Below, piece by piece: positions 39,275 through 53,110 of a stretch of 64,000 nucleotides of DNA. The first letter of the stretch is position 1. Each line of letters begins with the position of its first letter. Source of the DNA: Lama glama (taxonomy: Eukaryota). The notes beneath the pieces were generated by a model. That model worked only from the letters and a program-made list of their open reading frames with translations, searched no databases and was not told the origin of the DNA. The translations under genes and the position numbers were made by a program. The stretch is taken from the NCBI GenBank assembly GCA_028534125.1, contig CM052817.1, positions 86,492,001 to 86,556,000 on the forward strand. Reading direction: 5' to 3'.

Positions 39275-39715
39275 ATCTTATTATTTCACAAATAATCTGC
39301 AGTTCCTACCTTGAAAAAGCTCAGGGTATAAAAAAAGTTCACTCAAAACAGAGGCTATCATAAGCAATGATAAGAATTTAGAAAAGAGAAGTAATTGATA
39401 TGGTAATAAGCATTTGAAAATAAGAAATATTGGGGTAAAAATAGAAATGTCAGTGTTAATTAAGGATAGGGTATGCATTAAGAAAGATGTAAGTTGAAGA
39501 ATTTGACAAATTTCTTAAAAGTTAGTGGTATATACTATAGGCAAAAAGAAAGAAAGGAAGATATTTTTGAACAAGGAAAAATGTTTTAATAAATAAGCAA
39601 CGTATGTGATATTTCAGGGTAGCAGTAAGCAATTTAGCTTATTTGGAATACAGAGTTTATGTTGGAGGATGTGGCTGAACAGTTAGAATGGGTTCAGTGT
39701 GTAGAGTACATAATA
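39275..39715 (-). mobile_element. Degraded L2
   Basis: Purine-rich reverse-L2-like text (aagaaaggaagatatttttgaacaagg..tttcagggtagcagtaagcaatttagcttatttggaatacagag). Confidence 0.55.
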
Positions 39716-42700
39716 TCTATTTTGGAAAAATATTTCAAGAAGCTACATAACACAAAAAATGAAATCTTCTGTGCCATTGACTCAGAAATACATAGTTAAA
39801 AATGGAGCATTAGCAATTGATAAGCTAACATCATTGTCAATGAAAGCAGATACTGCAGATTAAGTAATTTGTAATTAAGTTCATGTTTTTCCATATTATA
39901 ACTGAACAAGTCACAGACAAGATACTAACGAAGAGTTCTCAAATGTAGAAATATGCTTGTGTGACCCAGATGGAAACCTCATTTATTCCTATATTTTAAG
40001 GTTGATATTTTATATTATATTGGTTTTACAGTAATTTGGATAGGGCTTAAATCATTGCAGTATGAACCATATAACAGTTTAAGCTATTTAACTGCAAGTT
40101 GATAAATATGATTTAAATTTCTTTTTATCACAAAGGCTCTGCTACTATTATGCATTTAATTGTCTTAAGATGTAATCAGTTATTCCATATTCCCATGTGA
40201 CTCTATTCTTTCATCCCTTCTAAATGAGCCACAGAGGAGAAAAGCAGAAAAGATAAATTAAACTTTTAAAGAAGAATCTACTAAGCATTGTAGTTTTTTC
40301 CTCATTTTTTTTAATTAATTGGAGCAAGGATGTGGAGCCAGCTTCAATTCTACCTGATAGCATCTCACCAAATTTTAATGTTACTTGCCATGGATTTCTT
40401 ACTTACCTTTTAAAATTATTCCTGTAGCATCACACCTGGATTAGTCCAACACAATTACAGATTTAGATGTTAACATTTGAGTAAAGAACATTAGCTTTTC
40501 GAGACTCTTTTTAAATGATAAATTGAATCTACAAATTATTCAAAAATTTATAAATTTTTAAATTATATAGCATAGTCCCCTAATGCAAACATTGCCAAAA
40601 TTAGTTTTACATAATAAGAAAAAGACATAGTACATTGAAACAAATCTTCCTTTTCAGTGTTCAATTATGTAAGCTTAGACTACAGTTTTTACTTCAGTTT
40701 ACACTTAATTGCTACTTTGGGAATCAGGAAATAATATGTAACTATTTTTTGTTGCTCCTTTAATGTTTAAGTAGAACGGTGAGATACCCAGTAAAATAAA
40801 GTGTATGTGGATTGATGATATGATAATACCTATATTAAGGTATTATATTATTGATATATATATTATTAAGGATATATTACTAATATAATCTATATGTTCA
40901 TGATCTTTTAAAGTAGATAATCTATTTTCTCCCTATAGCAAATGTAGTTAGAATAACTGATAAAAATTAATTTGTGGCTTCCTTGCTGAATATTATTAAA
41001 TTAAAATTATTTTGCTAAATGATGTATTTGAATGTAATTGAAATAACTGATATCATAATTAAGTCCATAAAAGCAAATAAAATATAATTTTACAAAATAA
41101 TGTAGAATAATAAGCTACTGTGTATTTGGGGGATGAAATGGATAATATCATTGGGAAAGCTGTAAATCTCAAAATCTCAGGGCCAGTTTATTTTAGAACA
41201 CAGTCTTTTAGGATCTTCTGGACAGTTACTCAAAATTCTCCCAGTGCTATAAGCAGTGTTAATAATGATTCTACATTAGCATTTGATCATAATGTATTAA
41301 CATGCCCTCATTTTTCAATGGATTATTTTTTTCCTTGAAAAAGATCAACTAGGGACCATCTTTAATATGAGGACATTGTAGAATTTTTAATCTTGCAAAC
41401 CGAGTTCAGTGTATTAGTAAATATAATTTTAATTTAATGGTTTTAAATTTGTCATAAATAATCAAGCTTCACTTATGAAGAAAACTTCATAAAAAAAAGC
41501 ATAAACACAAGACTTTCTAGAAAAGGAAAACAGAAGTACTTTAGAACATAGTGTCACTCCTGCGTGCTTCTAACTCTTTATAACATGTCAAAATTATTTT
41601 GTATACATTCTTTTAAAAGTATGGAGTAGTCCCTAAATAATTAAAGCAGAATATCTTACGTTGCTATAGAGCAGCTTATTCTCCCACTTTTTGAAATGTA
41701 TACATTAAACCTGGTAGCTTTATAGTAAATGGGTGCTTCTTTTTAATTTAGCCTAAGCTGCATTATTTTTGTTATCTGAAAATATCCTCCAAAAGAAAAT
41801 ACACCCTATTTGTCTATGAGTAATTTTGGCCTCACTGCTCTCAGCACATCTAGAAAATAGTCCAATAGTCCAGAACTTACAATTCCTGTATATCCTTCTA
41901 AATGGATTCAGGAGCGCTTGCTTGCTTTGACATAGGAATTTAGCAACAATCTTAATGTTCGGGTCATTTGAGGTATTTGGGATGCATAAGGAAAAGAAAA
42001 CACTCAAATGTTTGTATCTTTTTTTTTTTTTGAAAAGTGTGACTTCTTGCCTCTTTGAGACAATGCTCAATTCAATTAAACAGAATTATTTTATTCCTAA
42101 TTAAATATAAATAAATATTATATCAAAAATGGCAGTCAGTGATACTGATTTCTACATTCTACATAGAAAATGTGCATGCCTTTTGCTATGTACTGCTTAA
42201 TAAAATACAGCTGTAATTTGCCTCTTTACTGAGTTAGAAAGAAAATTTCTTAAAATCTACATTTTATTTTGCATAAGTTGGTCAGAACCAGGACTTTGAT
42301 AATAAAGTCACTCTATGTGACATGAAATATCTGCAGAAATTTATTCATAGAAAGGTAAAGTATGAATCAAAATTTACTGTGGCTAAAGAACACAGTCAGT
42401 ACAGTTAGTTGCTTTCTTTATGTTATTCGTCTCTGCTTCGTTTTTACATACTTATAAATTTAACTTATTTCTCTTTTGTTTTTATACCAAATCAAGATCT
42501 CAAGAAAGGCTATGTTTATGTTCATGGGGCCATAATATGAAATCACTTTTAAATCTAATAAACCTAAAGCATTAGAAATTTGTGTTGTTTTTGTTGTGTT
42601 TTAACAGAATGTTTAGTAAATCTCTTGAGTTAAAAAGAAACATTGGACTTTATAGTTAGTGAAAATAAGGGGTGCTTTCTTATAAAATATAATTTCAAAA

Positions 42701-42829
42701 ATTCTAAAACTTGTTTAGTCTAGGTGTTATAAAAATAGATTATAAAGGAAATCCCAAGGCAAACAGAGTAAAAGAGTAAAATATACATTGGACTACATCA
42801 GTATTAACCTTTGTTCAAAACCTTCTTAT

Positions 42830-43262
42830 TATCCCAAGCTTAATATTCAGATTTTTCACCATAGTCTACTTCTCTTATTTAGTTTCCCTCCTATTATTCT
42901 TGCTTTTTTGTTCTGTCCACCTTGGCCCTCTTGCCTTTCTTGAGTAGTTCAGTCTCCTTCATGACTGTCACCCTTACTCATTCATACACCCTGAAAATGT
43001 CTTTCCCTGGTTCTAATTGAATCATTTCCTAAAATGTTCCCATTCTCACTTCAGTGTCTACCTTCTTACCTAGTTTTTAAATGTGTTCATTGCAATTGAC
43101 ACCATTTTAGATTATAGTAAAAATTATTCATTGTTTCCTTCACTAGACTGTAGACTCCACAAGTGCAGGAACATTTTCTTATCTTCGTTACCTCTCTAGC
43201 CCTAGGGCCTGGAGTAGAGCCTATCACAGAATAGTTCCCAATGAATACTTGTTAAATAAATC
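42830..43262 (+). mobile_element. L2 3' end
   Basis: cactagactgtagactccacaagtgcaggaac..agagcctatcacagaatag..caatgaatacttgttaaataaat is the L2a-type 3' terminus. Confidence 0.85.
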
Positions 43263-43419
43263 GGTATAAGTTTCATGGTTTCACACTGAAATGGGTGCAA
43301 AAAGTGTGATTTCTACCCTTTTCGAAAAGATCAAGATGAAAGAAAATATTTGATTGAATAAACAAGCCACAAAGCCATTGAATCTTAATACCTTATCACC
43401 CTCTTTTAACTATACTGAG

Positions 43420-44008
43420 ATTGGTAGATAATGCCTACTGTTCCCACCCTCCCATACCCCACCAAAGATGTCTATGTCCTAATCTCTAGAACCTGAGAAC
43501 AAGTTATATTACATTACAAAAGGGACTTTTCAGATTTTCCAGTATTTTCTTGAATTATTGTGGTGGGCTCAATATAATCTTATGGGTCCTCAATAGTAGA
43601 AGAGAGAGGCAGAAGTATAAGGCAGAGAGATACACAGAAAGAAGGCCAGCAGGTATTTAAAAAGTAGAGGGGCTTACTCCACTGTTGCTTCCTTTGAAAA
43701 TGAAGACAGCCATGAGCCAGGGAGTGCACACTGTCTCTACAAACTGAGAATGACCCTCAATCAAAAGCTAGCAAGCAAACGAGGACCTCAGTCCTGCCAC
43801 CTGAATTCGGCCAACAACCTGAATGAGTCTGGAAGTGAATTCACCCTCAGGTCAACCCTGCTGATAATTTCGTTTCAAACTTGTGAAATAAGAAGTAGAG
43901 ATACCAGCCACGCCCACAAAACTTCCAACCTCTAAGATAATAAATTTGTGTTATATTAAGCCTCTAAATTTGCAGCGAATTGTTATGGTCACAGTAAACA
44001 ACTTACAC
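43420..44008 (+). mobile_element. MLT1D/E (MaLR) solo LTR, near full length
   Basis: ccaaagatgtctatgtcctaatctctagaacctg, aaagggacttttcagat, ggacctcagtcct..ctgaattcggccaacaacctgaatgag, aataaatttgtgttatattaagcc..aacttacaca. Confidence 0.9.
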
Positions 44009-45094
44009 ATATGTTCTTGACTGTTGTTACTGTCATTTAAAAATGGTTACTGTCTATCTGATTTCTACTTAATATTTTTTTAAGTATCTGTTAAGGCAGA
44101 AAATTTCTTACACCTTTACATTTTATTCATTAACATTCTTAACTAAACTTTCAACACATACATAGCACTTTTCCAATCTGTTGTAAATTACTTCTATTTT
44201 TGGTAAATTTAATATAGTTAATATAATTTGCTTAATATCTTATCATTTTGATCTACCTTCTTAAATAGCATAAAAACCTATTTTGAAAGAGATCATATGT
44301 AAGGATGAATATTAAATGAATGAAGGGGTGGAAGACTGGCAGTTGGTAGGTGGGAGATAATAGTATATTACGTTTTGAATGTAGGTGGATAGGAGGGATA
44401 CATAATTAGTGATTAAAAACAAGAAGTCTACATTAAAATTTTTTTGGCTCCAGTGACAGAAACCACGGAAAAGAGAACATTTATTGAAAGATATATCAAA
44501 TGAAATCATTTAAAAATTTTTTCTCCGTTAATTTTAGTAATAGAGTTTTGGAATCGGAGTTGGGAACTTGGATTTCAATACCACCCTATTCAGGTGTAAG
44601 TCTTAGGTCATTTTGTTTCATATGAAAAAGACAGGCTACTTGTACATTAACTTTAACAAATCTGTTATTATTTTTGCCTGAAGGCCTTCATATTTTTAAG
44701 CATGTTGTGTGCCAAATTAACAATTTTGGCAAAGAAATTTTTATATAGTAACTGACAACAAGAAAATAGAAGTGTTGCTCTACTCATGCACATGTCTCAT
44801 TGGGAAACCAGAGTGTGACCAAGGAAAGCTTTTTGTTCTGGTTTTTTGTTTGTTTGTTTTGTTTTTTTAATTTGCTTGCTTCATTGGGCTTTTATATGAA
44901 ATGACTGGTATTCCTACAATTTATTCCAAGCAGGATAATTACTTTTGTTTCATAGTATAAGGGTATTTTGACACTACTTTTATATTGTGAGACTATGATT
45001 ATACCAAGGAATGTCATTTTTTTTCTATAGGAATTTTCTGGGTTATTGTGTGTGTTTTCCACTACCAAAATTAAAAAATAACTAATAATTAAAG

Positions 45095-45315
45095 TAAACT
45101 TAATAATGGTTTATAAAAAATTAACTCTTCATACCACGCACTGCTCTAAATACTGTAACATGTACTGATCTGTTTATTCTCTTCCCTGCTGATAGATATC
45201 ATTATAATTCTTATCTTAATGATAAAGAAAATGAGATTTAGTCAAGTTGGATAGCTTATTTAAACTCAGAGTTAACCAGGAATGGGGTCTGAATTGGAAG
45301 CCCAGCACTCTAATT
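45095..45315 (-). mobile_element. MIR
   Basis: gcactgctctaaatact..gataaagaaaatgagatttag..ggaatggggtctgaa follows the reverse MIR consensus. Confidence 0.65.
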
Positions 45316-45507
45316 ATTGGATAAGGTTATTACCCAGTGAGCAAACTAGTCCTGAGTGCTACACATAAAACCCTTTTCTGACATTTTATTTTAGTTCCAG
45401 TATCTGGCCATTTATCCACTCCAGTGGACTAGAATAAAGGCGATTATTCAGGGAAAAAAAATCTGATACTCTGAACAAACACCAGGAAATTTCTTTTACT
45501 TTTTCAA

Positions 45508-45715
45508 ACAGTGGTTCTGCAACTTATTAATCATCAGATTTAGCAGAGATCAAGAAGCTTGCTAAAAATAAGAAGCTAAATAATTTAATAAGTCAATTTA
45601 AAAATGAGAAATTCTGGCCCCACTCTGAAGCTCCAGAAGCAAATTCCAGCCCTGAGAAAGAAGCTATCCATATTTTTTAACAAACACTTCAGGAGTCAAT
45701 AGCAGGGATAAAATC
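45508..45715. mobile_element. MER5A-like hAT-Charlie MITE
   Basis: Begins with the TIR cagtggttct and contains aaaatgagaaattctggccccactc..atattttttaacaaacac. Confidence 0.6.
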
Positions 45716-47599
45716 TGCTGGTAGATGTCTTTATAATTCCCATTAAGGCTATATCCTAAATGAACATCTGTTGTGCAGTCTTGTGAAATTAGCATAGAAA
45801 TTAGAATTTTTCTCAATGAAATTATATCATTTCCATACTGATTTGAATGTTGCACCACTAGAAGTTTAATCAGTATTTCTTGGAATGAGTATGTTGGGAA
45901 TTATCTTGTAGACCTAAAGTATCATGTTCCATTTTTCCAACAAATACAATTATAACATTTGGTCTTGAAACTGAAGCCTACTGACTATTAGTGGAAGATA
46001 CAGCATCAAGATAAGAAAGAAATATAGATTTATTTTTTTCCTCACATCTACAGAAAAACAAATAGAATTTTAGATACAATTCCACGTAATTTAAACATCC
46101 CTACAAATGCTTTTTCTAATGAAGGAGTTTTGCAGGATATAGGTCTTGGAGTACCATAAAATGATATTTAATCTCTAAAATCTCTGTGATTTCTTTTAAT
46201 GATTTATTTAAGTTATGTATGACCTGTGTCAATATTTAAAGTAATAACTCTGTTTCCTCTAGAATATGCATATTTTAGTGTTTTTGTATTAAATCACAAG
46301 AACATTGTCATTCTCTGTTTTATGATGTGCATGAAGATAAGAAGCCTATGCTAGACTTCATATTTTTAAATAATCTTGAAGATGTTAGCTCTTATAAATA
46401 AACACTTTTAATAACTTTATATTAGGGATTCTACTTACACAAAGTATCCATTAATGTAATAGAGTAATTTCTTATTTAACTTTATATTTTATAAATATAT
46501 GTTAGTAAACCAATAAATTATCTTGGCTAAATTTTTAAAACCTTCAAATTATCTATATTTCAGTACCTACTCTTGAAAAAATAAAACAGAACAAAACACA
46601 GAAATCAAAAAGGAGGGGCTTACTTGTGTGTCCACAGTAGTTTTATTAAACATTTCATGTCTGTACAATTTTTGACATAAAAAAGGCAAGAATATGTGGG
46701 GTTTGCACCTTTGTAAATGTGAGACCATGAAATGATTATTTCTGACAGGAGCTCCAGTGAGGGAAAGACAGCTTGACAGATACGTAGAGATTTAACTATT
46801 AGCACTGAGCAAGTTCTGAAGAATAAGTGATACCATTTTTGGTTCTCTGTTAAAAAGGAGTACTACAGAAACTGAATTACCTATAATGAGCTAAATTTTA
46901 TTAAGTAATATGTTAAACAAGCTGTTAAAATTAGTGTATGTTTGAAATATTTTTTAGTATGGATTTTACAATGCTGTGAAATCTCCCTGTTTTTTAATCA
47001 TATGTTTTAAAATTAATGAAAATGCAGAAACTCTCCTTTTCCTAACCTTTGTTGAATTTACATTTCTAATGACACTGTTAGATGAAACAGCCCAACTCAC
47101 GCCAGGCTAAAGAAATTAGAAATTAACATAGGGTAGGTCAGTATGAAACTATGAACACATATGTTATTGCCGTTTCTGATAATGTGCTCTTCATTTTGTG
47201 CTAAATTTTGCTCAGTGGCTTTGAAAATGACAAGTGACAGAAAAGATGTCTCTCATAATACTTTATTGGAAATTATGTTTTATAAGTAAATATGGTATCA
47301 TTGCTGATTTTCCATAAGTTGGCAATTACTGGCTTCTGTGTGTGTATGTAACATGAATTCTTGAATTCATTCTTCAATAAGTAGGTCTTCTCTAAACAAG
47401 GTAAGAGACTGCTCCAAACCACATTACTTTTCTTGGTAAACATACACATCTTCACAAAAATGAAAAGAGAAGAAACTCAATCTGGGGAAGCCAAATGTTT
47501 TATAGAGAAAGAAACAGTGTGAATGTCTTGTCAGTTTATTAGTTTTGACATTGGAAAGCAAACAAAGAGTTACTCTCTAAAGGCTTTATTAATGAGAAG

Positions 47600-48335
47600 A
47601 TGTCCCCTGCAATCACATCACTACCAGTGGTAGCTCACCAGCCAGAAACTTCAGCATCATAGTTGGCTCCTTTTATCTCTCCAATGCTGCCAATAAATCA
47701 AGAAATTATATCAGTTTTACATATTAAACCCTATGAAATCATTGATGTTAAACTATATCCAGCACACAGCAACTTCAAGGGTTCAGATCTCTTCGGTTCT
47801 CTTCATCCCATTACTGTTGTTCTGGTGATTTGTATTAAAACCCTCCCTCCCCTAATTATTGAAATAACATCTATCCTGATGGTCTCAGTACAGCTTCTCT
47901 GGTATTGCAGTTTAGACTGGTGTAATACAATCTCTCTCGATGATTTGTATTGCAGTCAGATAGTCCTTTTAAGGGTAAAGATCAAGCTCACTGTCATGTC
48001 CTACGTGACTATTAAAACAACCTGGTCCCTGATTGTTTCAGCCTCCGTGTTAACTTCAGCAACCAGAACCTTTCTCTTAACTAATTACTATTAATTTTCC
48101 AAGTCTTAGTTTAAAAGTGACTTCCTCCAGGAAATCCCTGACCCCTTAATTCTGGCTCAGGTACACCATTCACCTTGGGATCGACAGTTCTGACTGTCGC
48201 AAGTATAACACTGAGCTGACTATTGAGTTTACTGGTATTCCCCCAGTGATAATAATTTTATGAGGGTCATGGCTTAAAAAAATTCACCATTACAGCCCCT
48301 TATACTTGGTGACATGTAATAGGCAGTTAGTAAAC
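47600..48335 (+). mobile_element. L2 3' region interrupted by a small MADE2-like mariner MITE at ~47718-47790
   Basis: L2 hallmarks (agccagaaacttcagcatcat; aagtcttagtttaaaagtgacttcctccaggaaatccctgacc; tggtgacatgtaataggcagttagtaaac). The ~75-bp insert has imperfect inverted ends aaccctatgaaat..gcaacttcaagggtt. Confidence 0.7.
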
Positions 48336-50419
48336 AGTACTCTATTGTATTCGATACCTTCATTTCCAATAAAAGCTTTTAAAAAAAGTCTAAAAATGTC
48401 TATACAAAATAAATCCAAATATTTGAAAACCTCCGAAGAATCCAATATATATTGCTATATGCACTATAATTGCATCTTTAAACAAATATTTATGTATCAT
48501 CTGCTATATTATAGATTCTCTTCTCTGCACTTACGAGACAGAGTTGAATCTGTGTTTTTCCCTCATGGAATTTATATTTCAGTGGGGTTGAGTGGGGAGA
48601 GGGAGTTGAAGAAATATTCTGGATCTGGACTCCATGGCTTCTTTAGGTTAGTACGTGAGTTTCTATAATATTAGATTTAACAATAACAGTTCTATATTCA
48701 CATTCCTATTCCTTTCTGTCTCTAGAGGCTGGCAGAAGGGTGGAGGAAAGGAGTGAGAAAGTCTACAGTGCGAGAGGAGCCAGATAAAATTATCATCATT
48801 CCCTGGCCTGTGTGTCTAGAGTGTTCTTTTAGTGAAAGTCTAGTACTTTGAATCTCTTATCTTGGTTTTTTTTCCTGATCTGATATTACCTATCGCCAAA
48901 GAGCTTGATCCTTCAGGTACATAAATTACATGCCTAAGAGTTTTGTGCTGTCAAGTCAGTCCTACTGTTTATTACACAGTCACTCAGAAGATCAGAGATT
49001 CTGTTTGTTAGAATTTCAGTTTTTTCCTCTGACTATAAAAGTCACTGCTTGTAAACGATTGGGGAATAAAAAAATACTGGTACATATTCATTAAAATGCT
49101 GCTACTCAAAGGAAAAATGAGACTTGACATGTTCCTTTTTTTCCCACCTATAAAGGTTGGAAAATAAACAAAGTAAATATATTTCATTATGCAGTTGGTA
49201 TCTTACTCATCCACATGGGAATGGCAAAACGTAAGCTGTCCCAAATCGTCTGCACACTTTACAGAGGCAGCTCACTAATTGGTGAATTTGGTGTCCATGT
49301 TGATGTTCATCAGTGTGTAAAAAAAGTGATTGCCTCTAGATTTAAAAGACAAAAGACTTTTAGTTTAATAATGTGTATTCTCATCATCCTTTGAAAAATA
49401 AGATCTGGCAAGACTAAGATCAACTTCTTATTGGCAACCCTCAGCTGGCAACACATTGTTCTCTTCTGATGGGACATTTTTTCACCAGTTTTCTCCAGTC
49501 TCCACAAATTCCCAGTTGTATTATTATCCAATCTATTTCACTGATTTGTATAATCACCCTATGTTTAATGAGCAGTTATAATTGCTCCATGTTCTACACT
49601 CTAATGATATTTTATGCAGTTGTTATTTTTTGAAGAATAAGCTTAATGCAAAAAATCATGCTAACAATAATTTCTGAAGGAAGATAACCTGAATTTACAT
49701 GTGAACCAAAATCCCTGGTGTACTTAATGTGCAGATTTTTCTGGTATAGTCATAGAAAAAGAGATTAAGTGGGTATGATTGCATTTCAGGAAATTGGTGT
49801 TTTTTCAGCCCCCTCATTTAAATCCCCCTAACCTAATAAATTTGGCCAGATTTCTAGACTTGGTGGAGTAATGATAACAGCAAGGATTTTTTTCAAAATC
49901 ATCTAAAAGTATTGTAATACAGAAAATACTAAAAAACAGGAGCATATTCAATTGCATTCTTTATATAGTTAAAATTACTACATGAAAGTAAATTTAACTT
50001 GCAACAGACTAGTGCTGAAGTGTTCATTGTTTATTAGCCTTGTAAGAAACTGTTGCAGGATAATACCTTATTCATAATACAGTTTATATATTCAAGGACT
50101 GAGCTTAATTTTGTAACTTAAAGCAAGAAAACCTGACCAAAAATAGAATGCAACTTATTTTTAAAAAATCACTTGAGAAAGGCATCAATTTCATTGATTA
50201 GAAGTGATGCCTAAAATACTCTGGGGAGTCAGTTTTTATAATAAAACATGTAATTTCTTTCCTTAGTGAATATGACTTTCCTTAAGTTGGCTTTAAATTA
50301 GTGGGAAATTAGAGAAGATGCTTCAGCAATGACAGTCTTTAACATAGCTGTCTTCTAAATTCCACTATTTTAACCTGTAATTGTTGTCGTACATTTGTGT
50401 TTACCTAGAATCTCACTTC

Positions 50420-51210
50420 ATTACCACACTAGTACTTCCTTCACATCTTTGATTTTATAGGATCTTCTATTAAAGGATCTCACTTTTTTGTTGTTATTTC
50501 TGACTTCCTATCTCCTTTTGGTGCCTATATCCTCTATTAGTTTTATTTTAAAAGTTTTTTGTAAGATAACTTTTTGTCATTGTTAACCCATTTATATAAC
50601 TTATGTGCAAATTCTTCCTTCACGTTTGTTTGCTATGATAAGTATAGGCGTCTAGGTTAGAAACCATTTCTCTTCAGAACTGTGAAGACATGTTTTAAGT
50701 TCCTGATGTTTCTGTTCTGAAGTTCAGTGCTGGTGTTATTGTTAATTCTCTGTGCACCACTTTTACTTTCTCTGAAATCTTGTAGTGGCTTTGTTTCTAT
50801 AGTTACAAAATTTGACAACAATGCTACTTGGATGTATTTTTTAATAGGTTGTTTTGGGTATTAAGTGAACTCTTTGAGTTTATAAAGTCAATGTCCTTCA
50901 GTTTGTAAAAGTTTTCTTGAGTGATTTCAATGATGATATTCTTTAATAAATTTCTCATTTCCTTTTCTAGAATATTCCTCATAGTTGCATGTAGTCAGAA
51001 AATATTTCTGACTATTCTTACGTCACCCGTTTTCAAATTATTGTCTTTTAATTGAACGTTTGATAAGATATTTATCTTTGTCTTCCAGTTAAGTGTTATT
51101 TGTCAATTCTGTTGCATAGTTGTGTTTTCTGAGAGCACCCATTCATTAATTTTATCCTCCTTTTTATAGTATTCTGTTATTTCTTAATGGATGCATTGTC
51201 TTCTTTCAGG
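50420..51210 (-). mobile_element. HAL1/old L1 ORF1 region remnant
   Basis: gtataggcgtctaggttagaaaccatttctcttcagaactgtgaagacat..aatgtccttcagtttg..aagttttcttg is typical of reverse HAL1/L1ME ORF1. Confidence 0.65.
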
Positions 51211-52439
51211 AAATATTATCCGTCAGAAAATATCATCATCATTTAATACATGATTCCAATGGACATTTTTAATACTTTATATGTGTAAAGTGATTAATTC
51301 ACAAAAACAAGAATAAAAGGATAGTAAAGAATGATAAGGTTTTTTTTTTTAAGGATAAAGTAAAAGGATAATTAAAAAGGGATAGTTAATTTTAAAATAA
51401 ATTTTAATAATTAATTAGAGATTTAAATCACCTTATGTCAATTAATTTTGGTATGCAAACATTATAAAAGGTTAAGACAAAACATAAACTACTGTTAACA
51501 TGTTCTTTCAGAAAACTGGTTTAGTCTAGGTTTTTGGCCCGAAACATTTTATCACAAACTTCTTCTTACTGAGTTACTAACTACATGATAATATATTTTT
51601 TCTTTTTTGTCTTTAGAAATATATTGTTTTCTTATAATTTGTGAGGTTGGGAAAAATCAAGTAAGGTATCATCTGGAGACTAATAGTCTGAGATTTCAAT
51701 TTTATGATCAATTTTATCATCATAATCAAAGTTTAGAGTATAATCAGCCTCAGTGAATTCATCTTCTGATTTATTTAATAATTGTGAAATTTAATGCTCT
51801 GTCAGTTTTCTTCTCTTTTTTATTATAGGCCAAACCTGAACAATCTTATTTCTTACTTTTCTTTAAAGAAATCTAAAAGCACACTTCAGAGATGGAATCC
51901 CTACTTTTCACTTATACTTTGTGAAAGATGATGCAGTACCGTATAAAATTCCATTTAAAAAAAGTAAAAGAGAATAATTTATTTCACAGTTGCATCATCC
52001 TATATGATTCCAACAATTCTTTTCTTCTTTAAAAAATTATTTGAAACTTTATTTGGGAGTAATTGATGGCTAATAAAATAATTCATAGATTAATGAAATA
52101 GCAAAATATTTTTAATAAGAAAATGATTATTAAGATTCTGTAATGTATCTTAGATTTATAAAATTGCCCAATAGACCCATATGGTAATTGAAAAATAGAA
52201 TGAGTTTTATTTCACTTAAAAATAATTAATTTGTCTCTCTTTTTTGGAAGACCTCTAACAGAAAATGAAAATCTCAATATATTAATTGTTTCATATTGTA
52301 AGAAATACTCAAAATGTTAATTTTTTCCAAGTAAAACTGCCCAAACATAAAATTGGATTTGATTGATCCAAATTGTATGCAAAGGGTATTTGATATTTCC
52401 ATTGCCACAAATAGTCACTGTATCCTCCAAGTTAAATAT

Positions 52440-53110
52440 TTCTCTTTATTACTTTTTATCTTTATCTTTCAGATTAGAGGGTTTTCATAGATAATCTTTG
52501 GTTGCCTGTTCATAATTAACAGTTACTAAAAAGCAGCTTGGAAGCTATTAGATAGGATCTGTTCTAAATTATCTAGATGGGTGGTTTCTTTGGAAAATAG
52601 GTGTCAGTAAGATCTCTTTTTCAATCTTACTGGAATGATTGGATTTTCCAAAAAATACTCCCACATCTTACCTAGATGTCAATGTCCAGTAATCCAGAAT
52701 GCTAGGCTCTGAATAGTAGACAAGGGCTGCAGAGGGCATCATCTAGGTCATTAACTCTATGTTTTAGGCTCAGAAAATAAGCTTTATCTTTGCAACTTCG
52801 TGCTGCAATGAGAGAGACAGATGATTTTTTTTTTTTTTTGCCCAGAAAGTGTCAGAAAGCACACCTAGAAAGTCTCCTTGCTTTAAAAAAAAAAAAAAGT
52901 ATCTTATTTTAGTGACATTCCATTGAGCCCTTACTTCCAGATGTAATTCAACTCAAAATTGTCAAAAGTTGAAGGATTCTAAGATAAAAGTCACATGAAT
53001 TTTTAACTCTTTACTGTCTGCTTAGAATTCATCATTCTCTGGTCTGCAGCTAGGTTGCCATTCATCAATTTACTTTATGCTGTTTTTTTTCCCCTCATTT
53101 TTATGGACTT
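52440..53110 (-). mobile_element. HAL1-like 5' region remnant (probably the same element as 50420-51210)
   Basis: ttagagggttttc..ctttggttgcctgttcatattt-like text, aaaagcagcttggaagct and ctgcttagaattcatcattctctggtctgc resemble the reverse HAL1 5' part. Confidence 0.55.

Noticed and set aside
41875..42000. atatccttc as a U12-type 5' splice site, and a minus-strand gtaagt donor
   Set aside because: The U12 match is imperfect with no upstream exon. The minus-strand pyrimidine tract has no properly placed AG.
47663..48094. 143-aa hydrophobic ORF
   Set aside because: It lies within a decayed L2 and MITE, starts at a non-ATG codon, and has no recognisable domain or splice context.
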